Of a stretch of DNA of 64,000 nt, positions 61,680-64,000 are shown piece by piece. Source of the stretch: Heteronotia binoei (taxonomy: Eukaryota); assembly GCF_032191835.1 (NCBI RefSeq), contig NC_083228.1, positions 45,880,001 to 45,944,000 of the forward strand, in the 5' to 3' direction. The notes under the pieces were generated by a model. It was given only the letters and a program-made list of their open reading frames with translations, made no database searches and was not told the origin of the DNA. Numbering within the stretch: the stretch's first letter is position 1; the number at the start of each line of letters is the position of its first letter. Both the position numbers and the translations under genes were made by a program.

Positions 61680-64000
61680 TAACTGATAAATCATGAAATT
61701 GTTAGGTAGTTTTGTGAAATTTGTTATAGAAGTAGAAAGACAGCAGGAAATTAAATACTACACAAGTTGAAACTTTATTGTTTGCCATCTGTCTTTGATA
61801 ATGAAGAAGAAAAATTAAAGTTTATCATTCAGAGGAGAAAATGAGAATCTGGAACACAAGCAGGTAATACTAATTTATCTTTCAGATTTTCTTGACTTGC
61901 ATAAGAGTTTATTCAGGCAGAAATAACCAATGGTATTCAAACTTGCTGCCATGAACAGTCTCTAGATTATGGATTTTTCAAAGTCCTTGGCTGAGGTGCT
62001 TTGATGTTTGCTTGCAGGGAGGGGAGTTAGGAGATGAATCCTTCATGTCCTTAAGGAATTTAGCTGTATATAAATTCCTCCATACTCAAAACAGACATGA
62101 TTTGTGTCATCCAGTTTGGATTGGGCTCATGTAGGAAGAGAGGTTTTAACTCTTCAAATTCCAGTCAGCTTCACTAACCAATAGCAATCTCTTTCCACTA
62201 CTATTAGCATTTTAAAGAAAAGAGAGAGTGGTTTTCAAAGAACACACCAACTTTCTTTTAATACATCTAATAACAGTACAGGGTTTCAATTAACAAAACC
62301 AAGTGGGACTTGACAGGTTCAGTTCCTTATTCTCTTACCATATGTCCCCAACTTAATTGTAGCTGCACATTTATATAATTTATATTTTCCAGACCGAGGG
62401 AGATACATGATCTTCATACTGTCTGTTTTGTCCCTTGGGCTGGATGCTGCCATATTGCTGTGCTAGCACAACAATGGGCTTTTGGCTGGCTGCACAAAAG
62501 CCCACTGTTGCTTGTAAAAGTAGGCAAGTTCTTCTTGCTTGTAAAAGTATACATCAGTATTTTAGGAATGAGGATTTCTTATTCAGATTATTATTGATAA
62601 GTGTTTTTATTATAATTGGTTAGTCTGTATTGTGATGGTCACTGTGAATTTTGCATGGATGTTATATTAATCTTCCTAGAGTAATCAGAAAGCCTTAAAG
62701 TAGGCAGGCAATTTGCTTCAGAAGGAAGGAAGGAAGAAAAGAGGAAGGAGAGACAGACAACACACCAAGGAAGAACACAGCTGTAAGCTCTAAGAGACTG
62801 GCTTGATTAAAGTCAGAATCAGGCTGTCCCTGGCAACCAGTGCAAAACAGGAGGCGAATGCTGTTTAATGCAGCAAACAGCATTAAAATCATAGTTTCCA
62901 GAGATTCTCAGAATTAATAGCTATTACTTAAGAGTTTTCCTTGGAAGTGATATGCCATCAACCCGAAGGCCATTTTCTTGGATGTTTGTGTTGGAAAAGA
63001 GCATTTCTGGTGTGCAAAAAAGAGAAGAAGACACTGAAGGGGGCAGCAATAAAACACACAGGATACGGAGGACAGCAGCTTCTTTCTCTTGTTAAGTGTC
63101 ATTTCTATCCTTGTCTTTCTTTCCTATAGAGTATCTTAGTTTTTAAATACATCTTTATGTACTTTTTAATCACTATGTGCATCATTGATGTGTCAATTAC
63201 TCTGTCTGCAAACATCTTGTAGGTTACCTTGGGTCCCCAGTGGGGTAAGGTGTGCCTAAATAAGTAGTACTATATGCATGTGGCAAGCCCATATCTATAG
63301 CAGAATGCAAAAGAGAAAACTATGAATATCTTTGAAAATTGTGATGTATAAATATTACAATATTACAAGGAATGGATAGTTTAATGGGCCATACACCCTG
63401 TTACAGTATTTCCCCCCTAAAGCCATGTTTTAGTTACTTTCATGGCAAAGACAAAAAAGACCCTTTCCAACCCAACACCCTCCCCACAACACACTCAAAT
63501 AGCACTGGATAGAGTCTGAAACTGTCAAACAGACTTTCTTGGGTTTTTGGAATACAGTCTTTTGTATTTTTCTAAAAAAAAATAATGATATGCAATCCCA
63601 TACACCACTGTTGCCTCATCTTATCTGGTAACCTGTAGGTAGTGTCTTCTGCTATAAGCATGCACTACCAGTATTATCTTGGGATTTACATTGTACATTC
63701 TGATAGAAACATGCATGAAATACAAGAGCAGAAGTATCAGGACTCCTAAATTAGGATAGGGAGCTATTATGAATCAAAACCAGTGTTATACTTAAAATTG
63801 GATCCAACTTAAAACTACAGCTGTCAAAAAGATTTCCATCAGCAGATATTTCTATCAGCAGCAGCACTGAGGAGGAGGGCTGGAAGTCTGCTGGGGGGGT
63901 ATCAGTGAAAACTGAGAGCCCTGTCCATCAGCAGAAATGTTAGGCAGGATCCAACCTGGTGTCATCACTTAGTGTATAATGACATTATGTTTGTAGATTT

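Noticed and set aside
1-64000. CRISPR arrays or prokaryotic operons
   Set aside because: The sequence is eukaryotic; no regularly spaced repeat-spacer array was seen.

Overview
This is repeat-dense, AT-rich vertebrate non-coding DNA (intronic or intergenic). The repeats (Sauria-type SINE, 5S-derived SINEs, CORE-SINEs, CR1 and L2 LINEs, hAT MITEs) point to a squamate reptile, probably a gecko; this is an inference. I could not identify a host protein-coding gene, only a few candidate micro-exons of low confidence. Main contents: (1) a ~5.7 kb tyrosine-recombinase retrotransposon of the DIRS superfamily, Ngaro-like, with gag, RT/RNase H, YR and SGNH hydrolase frames. The hydrolase frame has no start codon of its own but begins at a strong splice acceptor that is in phase with a donor inside gag. 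(2) A fossil retroviral-type RNase H-integrase, split by an internally deleted hAT transposon and an assembly gap. (3) Several CR1 and L2 copies, including an L2 nested in a CR1. (4) Seven hAT elements with visible 8-bp target-site duplications (TSDs). (5) A solo LTR, a GC-rich Harbinger-like insert, many SINEs and a local duplication. All motif calls and coordinates were made by eye, with no database searches.
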